Positions 49,801 through 62,774 of a DNA stretch of 64,000 nucleotides are shown here, in pieces (the first letter of the stretch is position 1; each line of letters starts with the position of its first letter). Origin of the DNA: Lama guanicoe (taxonomy: Eukaryota). The notes under the pieces were generated by a model. It saw only the letters and a list, made by a program, of their open reading frames with translations. It was not told where the DNA came from and ran no database searches. The translations under genes and the position numbers were made by a program. The stretch lies in assembly GCA_013239625.1 (NCBI GenBank), contig MU053557.1, positions 503,063 to 567,062 of the forward strand, in the 5' to 3' direction.

Positions 49801-51124
49801 TTTGAGTTCTGCTCCAGCTGGTTATCAACAGAAGTCATATACTCTCTCCATGCCAGCAAAGAGTATCTCATTTAATGATCGACCACAATAACCTTATGAA
49901 ATTGAGTCTGTCTTCTTCAAGGACCCCACTCATACTCCGCTAAGGCACTACAAACGCTTTCCTCATTCTCAATTTAAAGTTACACTCACTAGACTACGTC
50001 TCCCCTCCTCCGTTTGCCAAGTTGTGCTAATTTGGGCCAAGAGGATGCAGTGAATCAGAATCCTAGAATTTGGGGGCTGGGGAGGATTTTAAAGAATTTC
50101 TAGCTCAACCCACTCGTCTGATAGATGGGAAGTCAACCCTGGGAACGTGTATGTTGATATTATATTTCCAATCCACCCAAACAGCTGACCTTATCATGAG
50201 TCTGCATACTGCTATAAAAGTGGAGCAAAACGTGAAAGTAACCAGTTGTTTGGTCTACACGTCACCTAGTTTGAGCACCCTTGATAAATGGACTGGAGTG
50301 AATGGTAGTTCATGGACTGGGGAAGCTCATCCCAAAGCCCCATTCCAGAACGTGCTAGACAAAACAATCCTGAGATCCTGAGTCACTTTCCTGAGAAAAG
50401 CTGGCCCGGTGCTTCGCCTTTGCCTTTCAACGTCCCCTTCACTGACAAGGTGATATCCACCAGCTCAGACAGAAATGGTAAAAGAGCCAAGCTTGGTAAT
50501 AATGCAAACCATATAACTCAAGTTCTTCCAAACTGAACCGTAGGCAGTTTCTCCAAAACGAATTACTGACTGACTTCCCTGGAGTCTAGAAAGCTTCAGT
50601 GTACATTTTTCTTTGTACGTTTATAATTATACACTTCTCTCTGAATTGTCCTTTGCCCTGGGTAGCATTTCACACTAAAGGCAACACAGAAGCCATGTTC
50701 TTTTGCTTACCTAAGGTTTTTTACCATGGGCTCTAATTTTCTGGTTGAAGGGCTCCCAGTCAGTGACCACATCTTGCTTTCAGAGCATCAAGTTATCCTC
50801 TTATTTTATGAACATGGACCAACACAGATGGCACTTGGCAGCAAGAGAAGATGCTGAGGGCAAAGAAAGTCTTTGCAGATGAAGAGCACAAGCTGGGCTG
50901 GGCTCAGACTCAGAAACCCTCCGATGCCCAGCTTTCAGTACCTAAGGATGGCCATTCCCAAGTATTCTTAGAGCCAATATCTCAGAGGATGTCTATACCA
51001 TTGCCTTGAGGCAGACGTTCTGGGGATGGAATTAAGAGTGAACTCTGGCTCCCTGGTGACCTGTTTGGTTCCATTATATGTGTTCTGCCATCCCCAGAGA
51101 GTGCCTTAGCATATGCGTATATAT

Positions 51125-51126
<2 letters not shown>

Positions 51127-51161
<35 letters not shown>
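51127..51161. repeat. (CA)n microsatellite, about 17 units
   Basis: Read directly from the sequence. Confidence 0.97.
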
Positions 51162-51165
<4 letters not shown>

Positions 51166-51339
51166 AGATTAAACACTGCCAGTCTGCCGGTCCACATGTA
51201 GACAAGTTTATCCTTGGTGACTCCTCCCCCTGCCTTCTGCATCCTGGGTTGGCCCTTTATTCTAAGTAACACTCTTACACTTCCCAGGGCTGTAAGGGCA
51301 CCCAAGCTCCCCTTTCACTGGCCAAATTGAAACCACCTC

Positions 51340-52530
51340 CGAGTACTGAGAAGTCATTCACAATGAAACATGGAGACTTGATCACCCTACCCCTCCTGTT
51401 ATCTTCTGAACTTCTTGTAACCCTTTGTTATTCATCAACACCTTGGGCGCCTGACTTACCTCTCCTCTAGGACTACTTCTGGCATCATGACTGATGACTC
51501 CAGCACCCACATGATGGCCCATCCACCATTTTGGCTTCTCAGTTCCTTGGCTCATATGATTGATTCTCTACCTCACCTTAGCCACCGATCCACAAGGTCA
51601 CTTTCTAGATGATGATTTTTTTTATCATCAGAAACTGTGCCGCTTTTAAAATCTCTACTTCAAACTCTGAACTTTCTGTTCATCTTTCCAGTACTTTCAT
51701 GCTAATTTTCCCTCTCTAAGTTATTTAACCTCACAGAGTTCTCCATTGCTATCATTTTTATGAGCTGTCACCCCTTTTATGTCCTAACTTTCCTCTTTAT
51801 CCAGCCCAAATCTCATGATGCACCGCTCAGATAACTGCCTTTAAAACCCCTTAACTTCTTTGCCCCACACTCTCTCTGTTAAACTTGCCTGGGAAACACC
51901 AACCATAATTACACTCCAGTATGCTTTAAATGCACATGGGCTCCTATGCAGATACATTTTACTGGAAGAAAGTTAGGCGACCATACTAACTGGACGCACT
52001 TCAAATTTATGATCACAGATGTTAGATGGGCACTGAATACTGCAAGATGCTCCTGTGCACGTCTTCAGTAAACTGACTTTCCCACTCTGTGAGACAGATA
52101 TTTCGTATTTTCTCTTTCCTCAGATCTCTATCACACCCTTTTCTCTATGTTCAGTTGGTAACTTTGCCTCAGACTTCAGGGGGCGGGGGGGGGGGAAAGA
52201 TCCAGTAAGATCAGAAGCATCTCATGTTCCCACTGTCCATTCTGAATTCCCGTCTGTGAAAATGGAAGCCGCAGCCCTCCTCCTACCAAAGAGAACGCCT
52301 CTCCTTGTGCATGGGGTCCCATCCCATCTCACCTTCCCAAGTCCTCTGAGACAAATGGCTTCTAATCTGACACCACTGAGACAGGGCCCTTGGTGACTAC
52401 AGAGGTCACAGGCCCCTGCAGTGAGTCTCTGCGGCCCTTCTCTGCCTATAGGCCCATTTTCTCTCCTGTGCATCTTCTAACACACCCCCCAAACTCCGTC
52501 AATCATGACTCCTCTCTCTTGATTCCTATT
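51340..52530 (+). mobile_element. L2 internal (ORF2-derived) fragment
   Basis: ttggcttctcagttccttg...cacctcagccaccc-like...aaggtcactttctaga, aaatttatgatcac, and ctccttgtgcatggggtcccatcccatctcacctt. Confidence 0.7.
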
Positions 52531-52721
52531 CCAATGTAACACTAATCTAATGTGAAAAATAAAAGAGTTGGACTGGACGAAATCATGGGCAGAGTGATCT
52601 GGGAACTTGAAAAGTCAGAGAATGAGAGTGGAACACATAGCCTGGCAGGTAGGAAAATAAAAATGCTTTTTCTTTTAAGATGCAGCAAGCTAACACAGAA
52701 TGATTAAAATCTAGCAGGCTA

Positions 52722-53158
52722 ATTTGCAGCAACATGGGTGGACTTGGAGATTGTCATTCTAAGTGAAGTAAGCCAGGAAGGGAAAGAAGAATACCATTAT
52801 GGTATCACTTGTACGTGGAATCTAAAAAAAAAAAATTCCAAATTCTATTTACAAACCAAAACCAGACTCATGGACGTAGAAAACAAACTATGGTTACCAA
52901 AGGGGAAAGGGCGGAGAGAGATAAATTAGGGGTTGGGGATTGACAGACACACGTTACTATATAGATAATAATAATCAACAAGGACCTACTGTATAGCACA
53001 GGAAACTATATTCAATTTCTTGTAATAACATATAATGGAAAAGAATCTGAAAAGAAAAAATATGTACGTATGTATCTGTATAACTGAATCACTTTGCTGT
53101 GCACCTGAAGCTAACATTGTAAATCAACTACGCTTCAATAAAAATATTTTTTAAAAAA
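52722..53158 (+). mobile_element. Young L1 3' end (cetartiodactyl/camelid type)
   Basis: atttgcagcaacatgggtggacttggagattgtcattctaagtgaagtaagccag...aaggacctactgtatagcacagg...cttcaataaaa. Confidence 0.93.
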
Positions 53159-53394
53159 GTCCTTGCTCATACTGTGGCAGATAATAATCACCCCCAGCTT
53201 AGAAATCCCTGGAGTCTTATATTTTGATGTCTTTACAATCCTCCCAACTAGTTTTGTTCATACAGGGATTAGACTCATAGCGAAATGGTGCACTGTAGTA
53301 GTTAATTAGCATGACATTTATTGTGGTCACGAATTTCATCTTTTTTATGTTGCCTAGAGGAAAAACAAAATCCATCTTGTTACTGTAAACTCAC

Positions 53395-53590
53395 CGAGTC
53401 CATTCTCCTTAATCTGTCCATGAACTGAGCTGTGCACATTTCCACCGTTTCCTCGCCTGTTTCTTTCCACTTGGAGAGATTCATTTTGCAACTGAGTTCA
53501 CACACGAGGAATGAGGCACGGCTCACTGCCAGCAGGCCTGGAATTCAGCTCTTTCCGTGCATCTGGGACTTGAGCAAAGCTTAGATAAAA
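53395..53590 (-). other. Candidate spliced exon (196 nt) containing a 30-codon ATG-initiated frame running into the donor
   Basis: Acceptor TTTTGTTCCATTTCTTTAG| and donor TCG|GTGAGT. ATG at 53484 gives MNLSKWKETGEETVEMCTAQFMDRLRRMDS, which I do not recognise. Confidence 0.3.
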
Positions 53591-54631
53591 CTAAAGAAAT
53601 GGAACAAAATAGTGGGGCCACCAGAGCGAACTGTGTGGACTCAGAGACTTTCATGTCAGTGTTTTCCCCTCAGTGGCTACCTATATTTGGTGAGTCAAGT
53701 GTAATTTTCTCCTCTCCCCATCTGGCATTTCTGTAACTGGCATGTGTCACCACCAAGAGGTAGTTGGGTCGCTGGAGGTAATGTTTTCAATTCTTTAAAG
53801 CTTTCAGCAAATCTCATTTTCTTATGAAAAAGGAACAGTCTGTTTCTTCTTTCTTTCTTTCTGGGACATCACAGCTGTCTCTCTCCTCTTCCCCTGACTT
53901 CCCAGTAACTTTTTATTTATTTATTTATTTTTAACGTAGTCTGCCTCTGACCTATTTTGGTGACTTGGATCTCCATGGAGATGCCTGAATTCCTGATTTG
54001 AAATATCGTCTGTCCAATTCAAAGTACCCATTTACTTGAACAGTGAAAGCTGGCACTGAGAGAATATTTGTGAGGAGCCAGAAAGCTAGAATGTAAATTC
54101 TCTGAGGTGATATTGAGATGCAGCAATTGTCTCTTGGCACCATCTGTTCTCCAATAAACCTTAGTTCTAAAGTGGAGGGAACTACTGCATCCTGTTTCCA
54201 ACAGTGACCTGTGCCTCTTGTTCCTTCTGTGGCTGGGTGACTCCTGAATCTGACTTTGAACTGACACCAGGCGCCTGAGCTCTTTCTCCAGCCTTCCGTG
54301 TTGAAGGGTTGGTTTACAGTCCAGAGGCACCGCCAGAACCACGGGGTGCAATTTGCTGCTTGACTAAGTATGGTGTCCCCTCGGTCAATGTAGACGTCCG
54401 TCTGTCACTAAGCAGAATGCCTGAGCCACGCATCAGCAAATAGAAAGTTATTTAAACTAGATAAAACAGAAGGAAAACGTTTCTTGAAATGTTGTAATAG
54501 CATTTCACTGAATCCATGAGTAGGAACTGGACCTTCCAAGACGTGCAGCCAGGCACAGGCTCTCCTCTCTCCTCTTTCTCTGTTCTTCCCTCTATTCAAC
54601 TCTCTTGCTCATTTACTCTTGGACTCAACAT

Positions 54632-54830
54632 CAGTATACGTAGCAGGTCAGAGTGTGGACTCTGGAACTAGACGTCCTGGGTCTGAATCTTAACTAACCT
54701 GTGCCTCAGTTTCCTTGTCTGTAGAACGCTACATGATAATGGTATCTACCTCATGGTGTTGTAAGGATTACACGAGTTGATACACACAAAGTGTTTTGCT
54801 CAACATTTTGTACCCATTAAGTTCCTTTCA
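54632..54830 (+). mobile_element. MIR SINE
   Basis: ggactctggaactagac...ctgtgcctcagtttccttgtctgta...tacctcatggtgttgtaaggatta. Confidence 0.85.
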
Positions 54831-56971
54831 AAGTAAGCCTTCTCTGCTTGTTTATCAGTACTTAGAACTCAAGCATGCTGATCCCCGTTCTGTTTTTATA
54901 AGGTCTAGAGCTCTCTGCTAAGTGACTCTGCTAGACTGAGTGACAATTCCTTACTCCCAGGGAGGTAGCCATTCCTGGTCCAATTGTCCATGGTTAAAGG
55001 GGACAGTGTTAGGGCCTTATTAGCAGAAGCGTGACAGGTACTGTTCCAAGAACAAATATTTATTAGTTCATAACAACGCCAAAGCAGTCACTACGAATGG
55101 CCTCGCTTGTAAATGAGGGTCTATGAAATGAAGAAATGAAAGCAATGGAACCAACAACAGCAGAATCAGTATGTGAGCACAGGACCCAGCATGGCCTGAA
55201 CTAGGTCCTCATGGTTCACTCCCACTTATGAAGCTGACTCTTGGAAAGGAGGCAAACACAAGCTTAATGAGAAGGAGACTGTAGACAGGGAGGAATGACT
55301 AGCAAGCAAGAACCTCAGAAGAACCTCGAGGGAGAGCATCTTAGAAGAAGGCAGAGTCTCTTGTCTATGTGAACTGATGTTAAATCCTCATGTGACTTGA
55401 AACCCCAAGAAGCAGAATTATCTGACTCTAAGTCACCATGGACTTTGAGTGAGTTGGTGGAATCATAGGGAGATTAAATACTGTTGAGTCATATTGATAA
55501 AATTTGCATTTTGTTAAATTCTTAAAAACGATTATCAATAGGCATTTGTTAAAAATTCCTCTGAATACATATGCACGTAATTATAAGAATGCGTTTATAT
55601 GAACAGATGTATATAAGGCTATACATATATAAATTTATAATTTATATGCATTTATAATATAAATGCCTTATGCTGTGAGTTGTGTGGCTATGTACAGCAC
55701 CATGGGAATTCTTAAATCCAAATATCATACAAGGTTAAATTTAAAATTTTTAAGATGTAAATCATTCAAATTCTAATAAAGGTTAAAAAATAACCCTCTA
55801 GTCATAGGGTTACAGTCTTTGAATTTCAACTTCAGAATCATCGGCTGGTAAGAATAGAAAGAGAGATCTTTGACTTTTTATAAAGCGACATATTTCTCTT
55901 TTCTTCTCTGGATCTCTAGCCATTTTTATTTTTCCTCTCTCCAAAAAAAGAAATCTTATTATGATTCCTTTACCTAACACCTCTCATCCCCACTGGCGTC
56001 AAACAAACCTACCGCTTCTGAAATGCTTCTTTGTTGCAGACACAAACCTTCTCTGTACACTGAGAATCAAACACTGAAAATTCAAGTTCAGCTTTTCCGG
56101 TTCCCAGTGGATAACTCGAACCCCTTCAAACGTGATCCAGCCATCTCAAGACATCCCAAGAATTTAATGTCTGAAAAGAATCCATATTCAGTGAAGTGCT
56201 TTAAACCCATTCAAATTCTCTAAGTAAAATTACTATGCCCTAAAAAGGTTCAGATTACTTTGGTCTGAAAATATTAGATTGCCACCCATGTTCAAACTGA
56301 ATTTGGTATCAAAGGAGAACATTGTATAAGCAAAACTTATGTCTGCCCTTAAGAGCCTTAAAGTGAAGAGGAGGAAGCAAGGTCTATACACAAACTACAG
56401 GTCAAGGGAGAAAGTGTTAGGAGTCAGACCAATTCTACATCCATATCATTACACGTCATGTCACATGTTGAAAAGCAGAGTTTTTAATGCCTTAATGAAA
56501 AGATTCAAAGTAACACTAAAACAAGTGAGCAGTCATTATAATAACACAGCAAAGGGAAAAATGTCTACCCAGTGTACGGGAACACATTCACAGAGTAGCA
56601 TCACCATTTCTTGTCAACCCTTCAGTTTTTGCCAACTGACCAGAACACTTGACTGCCTGACCTTGTCCTTTCTGATTACTCAGAGGCAAAGTCCTCACAG
56701 GTTCCAGTGAAGTGACAGTCTCTCTTTCGTGTCTTGACTTTGTCCTGCCCTCTTTGACTTTGTTCTACCATATTTCTTTTTTTTTTTTACTTTTTTTTTC
56801 AAATTTTTTTCTCTACCATCTTATTTCTGACACCAAATTATGTCAAACCTTGCCCCACGTCACATGAAGCACTGAGTTCAACATTCCGTCAACACGTAGC
56901 ACTGTAACGTCATCGCGCCTCAGTTGTAAGGAATCGCAGCATGTACACTTGCAGTAGCGTGGGCTCTTGGA

Positions 56972-57054
56972 TGGAGCAACCAACCATCCCAGTTGGCCCA
57001 GGACTGAGAGATTTCCTGGGATGCTGGACTTTAAATGACAAAATGGGAAGTCCC
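56972..57054 (-). mobile_element. MER81-like hAT-Blackjack MITE
   Basis: accaaccatcccagttggcccaggactgagagatttcctgggatgctggacttt...aaaatgggaagtccc matches the recalled MER81 consensus. Confidence 0.75.
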
Positions 57055-57059
57055 TTCCA

Positions 57060-57510
57060 ACAGACAGAAAACTCAACTCGAGTTGGCTCAGTTTAAAAGG
57101 CAAATCACTAGCTTAGCATACAGAGAAGGGAAGACAAGCAGGTTCAGGCATGGCTAGATGCAGAGGCTCAAAGCTCACCACAGTACAGTCTCTTTCCATC
57201 TCTTGGTTCTGTTCCCCTCCCCCACCCCCACCCTGCGCTGGCTTTAATCTCAAATCACACATGGTGGCAGTTCAGCTCTACACCTAAAACTTCCCAGTGT
57301 GGTCCAAGTTGGATCATGTATCTGTTCTTAAACCAAATCCTCAGCCAAAGGGAAAAGACACGCTGGTTCACTGAGGCCTCGGTCACATGCCCACTTATAC
57401 ACCCAGGATTAGGATCAGGACCACCCAAACCATGGGAACTGTGAGGGAAGACATGGCAGGCCCTCCAAAGGAAATCCAAAAGTAGGAAAGAAATGGATTC
57501 TGAGAAAACA
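57060..57510 (-). mobile_element. MLT1K-like LTR
   Basis: gacagaaaactcaactcga...ttcaggcatggctagatgcagaggctcaaa...ggtcacatgcccac. Confidence 0.75.
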
Positions 57511-60500
57511 AAAAAAAAAATTAATAATCCATGTAAGAAAATTTGGTGGTATCCTGGAACCACCAGTATGTGAAACAGATCTGTTAAGAACTATTCACTT
57601 AAGAAAAGCCTTGTAATTGGGAGAGAGAACGTCGACTGGGAAGGACAGTTGACTCAAGGAGATGGGCAGCACAGCTGGGTGGTAAGGTTGGGCGCACGAC
57701 AGTAATTCAGGAACACTGATGCTACTGGCGTTAGGATAACAATTTAGAGCTCTTCTGTTGCTTTTACGGTGCTTCCTAGTGAAACTTTCTGAATTGCTCG
57801 TTCTTGTTCCTAGCTGAAGGCACTGTGTGTGGCTGAGCCCAGACGTGGAGGAGGCAGAAGCTACGTGGATCCCAGAGAAGGTTTGGATTTCGTTACTTCC
57901 GGGCCAGGATCTACGCTGGAATTTGTTCAAATTGCCTCATCTGCTTTTGACTGGAGTTACAAGAATAAACACTTGGCGTTGTCATAAAATTCATTTCACT
58001 CTGGTCTTAAAAGAAGCCAACCGAGGCCAGAAATTTAGGAACTTTTAATAAGAATGAAGTCCTGATTAAAAACAAGAGAAGTAATTTCACATCATACTCT
58101 CTGGCTGACTTCGTGGATTCTCTAGGGGGTTAGTCGCTCGATTTTATAAAAAATGAAAGTAAAAACAGGTGTCATTAAGAGTGCACCTTATCTAAATCGT
58201 AGGCAGGGAAGAATAATGAAGTCATCTCTTCAAATGCCTTGGTTGTCCTGGGAATGAAACAACAGCCAAGTCTCAGAGTTCCACAGGTGGCCTATTCATC
58301 TTAAGGTTTCTTGGGAATAAAACATTTCATATTTCCAGCGTTCTTTTCGCTTTCACATACAATGTTCTCATTCAGTTCTCACAACAAACCTGCGAGGTTG
58401 GCAGATAACCAGTTCCGTTTTGCAGAGAAGAAGCTGGCGTGCAGAGTGGTTAAATAGCTTGGCCAGGGTTATACGAGTTCCTGGACTTGGGACCACCCAC
58501 CAGGGGTTGCGACTCTTTTGATACCTGCCAAAACCCATCCCTGCTAAGCTGGGTAAATTGGGCGTTTTGCTTCTCCAGAACTGGACCTGGGTAGGCCCAC
58601 CTGTGGAGTAATTTGTTAATTCTTTCATTTACGGAATGCCTCAAGATTCTGTTGGATGATGGAGACACAGAGATGGATAAAGCACATATCCTGCCTGCAA
58701 TGAGCTCTCAGCCTCATGTGGTTTCCTTTCCTTATGTGTTACCAGAAAAAGTTAAACATAAATGATTTTTGGACCGTGCATCATTTTTCTTGCCTTTCAT
58801 ACTTCTGTTGCAATTATTATCAGCTCAGACAGCAACATAATAATTGTAAGTATTTACTATGTTCCAAAAACTGTGCTAGGTACAAATTTAATTGTCCTCA
58901 AACCAGATGTGCAGAGCAAATACAGCTTATTCAATTTGTCTACAACTTATCTGGTCTTCCTTCCAAGGCCCAGTGCTTGGGTTAAGAAGGAAAAACAATT
59001 TTTGTTCCAATTCCATTTAGAGCTTAACAATAATCATTGACACAGCCCCTTAGGTAGCGTTCAGGCAACATCCGGGAAACAAGGCAAGCCTTTTGGAATA
59101 ATCCTATTTGGAACAACAGAGCTTGGCTATTGCTCCTTCTCTTTATATTTTTTCTGACACACGTTCTAATACTCCCCTCCCCACACCTATACCCCCTTCC
59201 TAGTACTTCCCAAGGTAGATGTCCCACGTCACTAAGGAGAAGTCCTTGCACTCTGAAAGGCTAAACAGAAAAGCTTATTAATCACTTAAAAATATGGCTC
59301 CCGTGAAACATACGTTATCTCCTCAAATTTCCACCGAAGCTCTTGGGGAGAGCTGATATTTACAGATGAGTTAGCTGAGAGATGGAGAGGCTTAATGTCA
59401 TGTTTAAGACCACGAAGTTGATTCATTTTACTGTGTGCTTAATGATTTTGCCGAACGTCTACAATTTCAGATGTGACCGCACAGGCCTGGCAGGGAGAGA
59501 GGTGCTCTGTGCGGCTTCTGCTCCAGGGAAGGGCGGCTTGTGGTTCCCCCCCTATTTATGTTCTGGTCTCTAGAGCCCAGCATGGCGCCTGGTATACAGT
59601 AGGTGCTCAGCAGATGTTTGCGGACAGTTAACTGCTTGCGATTATTCTGGGACAGTTTTTATTTTCTTTTCTCAACGTCCACTTCAAAGATGGGGAGACT
59701 GGGGCACAGGGACACAGAGCTGATGGAGGACAAGTTGGGGTCCGCCCACCCTCCTGCCTCCCCGGCCTGCCCTCTTCTGCGGCCCCTCACATTGCACGAG
59801 GCTCTGAAGCACTCCTGAATCCTGCAGGGAGCTGCACCGGATCAGCATCCCGTGACCTGTTTTCGGCATTTCTGGAAACACTCCTGGAGGCGTGCAGGAG
59901 TCCTCTGGCTGAACAGGGAAAGCGACTCGGAGACTAGAATGTGAAAATCAGGGACCCTGCAAGTTCTGCAGTGCCTCCCCTCGGGGGAATGTTAACACCC
60001 CAACCCAGCTCAAATTTCGGATTGCTCCTCTCGTGCACTATCGCGAGATAAATGAACCCTGATTTGCCGTGTCCCGCACTGTGTGTCTCCTAAGTGCTGT
60101 AACACTGGCCATAAGCCCTTAACTCCCAGTTACTATTCGATGATTACCGCATCCCCCTGGGACAGGTATTTCTAGGATTGGCCACATTTTATAGCTGAGA
60201 CACTAGGGCTTGTACACTTCACCTTCACAAGGTGGTAGAGATCTCAGGGCTGTCCGCCTTTGGACTCTTCTGAGAACTGTGCACCCCTGCCTTCTAATAG
60301 AATGACTATTGCTCTGTAACCCCAGGCTGCCTTAGTCATTAAAGGGTCAACTCAAGTACGTACTTTGGTTCTCGGCGAGGCTCACGTCTAGAAGTCTTGC
60401 TTCTCCACCTCTAAGAGGCTGCAAGAAAGACTGGAGAATGAGTAGAAGTTTGAGTTGGGAGAGGCCAGCTTGATGGTCCTGACAGAGTCACAATCTCTGT

Positions 60501-60549
60501 AAGAATGTAAGACAGTGTGACGGTAACAGTGAGAAGTTGTAGGGAGCGG

Positions 60550-61700
60550 GGTTCTACTCCAGGCTTTCTTCCTTCTCAGCTCTGTGGCCTTAGACAAGGT
60601 AACTAAACCTCTCTGTGCTCCAGGCCTCTCATTCATCAATCATGGTTGTCGTACAGAGATATTGGGAGGATTAAACGAGACGGTCCTTATCAAGAGTTGA
60701 GCCCCATGCCTGGCATGTGGTAAACACTCAAAATGTGTCACCTAAAGGGACGAAAAGGGAGAGAGAATAACACGCCAAGAACAGGAGCAGCCACGAGATG
60801 TGCTAAGTTAAGACCCAGAGGCCTAGAGAAAGCTGGGGTCCCTGAGAAGTTATCTTAAAATCGAGATAATGCAAGATAAATCAGGAGATTTTTCATGGTT
60901 TTATGTTCATCTTTCCCCAGTACTGTGAACTCTCTTTCTTAACACTGACCTTGCAATAATAATAACCAAAACATATTGGGGACTGATATGTGCCAAGCAC
61001 TGTGTACGCTAAATATGAACTATGCTAATCTTCTAAACATTTCTGTTCAGTAGGCATTGTTCGATCCTCGTTTTACAGATGAGGAGATGGAGCACAGGGA
61101 CATGGGGCATCTTGTTCGTCCTAACAAGGGGTGGCGCAGGATTTGAACTCAGCTTAAGATCTCCTGAGTCTTTGCTCTCAGCCACTCAGTGTCTTTCGAT
61201 GGTGCTGCTGCTGACCGTCACCACCATCCTCCTCCTCCTGGTCGCCATCGTTAACACCGTCACCATCATCACACCTAAAGCTTATTGAGCGAAACACCAC
61301 GTTTCTGGATTGTTTAAGAGCTTTCTGTTTAAGTCTCATAGTCTTATGAAGCACAGATACTTACCAGACAAAGAAAGGGAGTGTCTCCCTCAAGGTCAGG
61401 CTGCTGGAACGTGGTCCAGCCACAATTTAGACGCAGACAGCCTGGCTCCAGAGCTCATCGACTCACTGGTTTGCCAGTATAACGCCTCATGACGGTTTCA
61501 TGTGCATTTGCATCTATTCAAATTTCTCACATTTTCTATTTTGAGCCTCACTACTATCCTTTCCAGTACGATGCTGCTTCTCATTTGGCGAAGGAGGAAG
61601 TTGAGCCTTCGAGATGTGACATGCTCAAGGTTACTCAGCTGGTCAGTAGCAAAGCCGAGACTAAACATGTCTGTCTGCCTTCAAGTCCAGTGTTCTTCCT
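60550..61700. mobile_element. Cluster of MIR SINEs: about 60550-60740 (+), 60955-61190 (-), 61280-61490 (-) and 61510-61700 (-)
   Basis: MIR core motifs, e.g. gctctgtggccttagacaaggtaactaaacctctctgtg and ttttacagatgaggagatggagcacag. Confidence 0.8.
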
Positions 61701-62774
61701 AGGAAACCCCAGCTGCCAGTAACTACCCAGGCCCCATCCCATCCTCCTCCTCCCCACTCCACTACACACACCACCTACATGCATTTTGTGACACATTTCG
61801 CTTTGTACTACCCTCCTCCTAGTCAGACATCTAAAGTATGGTCTGATTCTAACCTCATGCTAGTCTTTAGTTAGAAATCAACCTGAAAAGCCAATTCACG
61901 TGATGATGTTATGCATTACCCTGTCCAGGAAAACAGACTAACGTGGGATTGGAGCTGAAGAAATAACACATTTAAACGTAGGACCTTAAGCAAGTGCCAG
62001 ACCAGCAGAACAGGGTCAACAAGGTTCTTCCAACCCAACGTCTCTATCACCACACCATATGCCTGGCTGACCACGAAGGAAATTGTCCTCTCCCCTTCCA
62101 GGCAGGTGCTTGGCTTCAGGATGAATTTGAAGCCTGATCTTAGTCTATCCCTCCTTATCTCCAGTTATCCCACAGTCATCTTCAATCGAAGGAGGAAGTG
62201 GCAGGCAGGCCTGGACCGCAGGCACAAGGAGAAGGAAGCAAAGCTTCTCCTCGCTGTTCCTGTCCCACAGCTGTGCCTCCTAGAAGAGGATGGGACAGCT
62301 GAGCTGGATGGAGACAGTGTTTCAGGTGGAGGCAATAAACACAGGTAAGGACCAACTGCTTCTTAAAACGAAGAGAATATGTAGGCCCAGAAGAGAAGTC
62401 TGAGAACCTGACCTTCTAAATCTCCATATAAACCATAGCCACCATGATGAAACCAGCAAGGGAGAAGAAGACACTGGAAACACAGTCATTCATCTGGTCA
62501 TTAACATCATTGTACGCCTACAGGTTACATTTGCAAAATTTGCATACTGTTATTGTAGTCATCTTAGAGTAAAGATTTTAACTAATTAAGCTCTTTCGCA
62601 AGAGTCTATCTACTCCTTTTTTTTTTTTGTATCTCACACAGTGCCTGGCAAATAGGAGAAATATTCAAGAAAATATTTGTTGATAGTGAATCACGGATTA
62701 AATTAAAACATTGATTCCATATTGTCCCATTATCACACTGATCCTAAACTTGCCAAGTTAAACATCTACTTTCA

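Noticed and set aside
61199..61272. Hydrophobic stretch in ORF 61079-61288 resembling a transmembrane helix
   Set aside because: It is encoded by a decayed trinucleotide low-complexity tract (CTG/CAC/CTC) between two MIRs.
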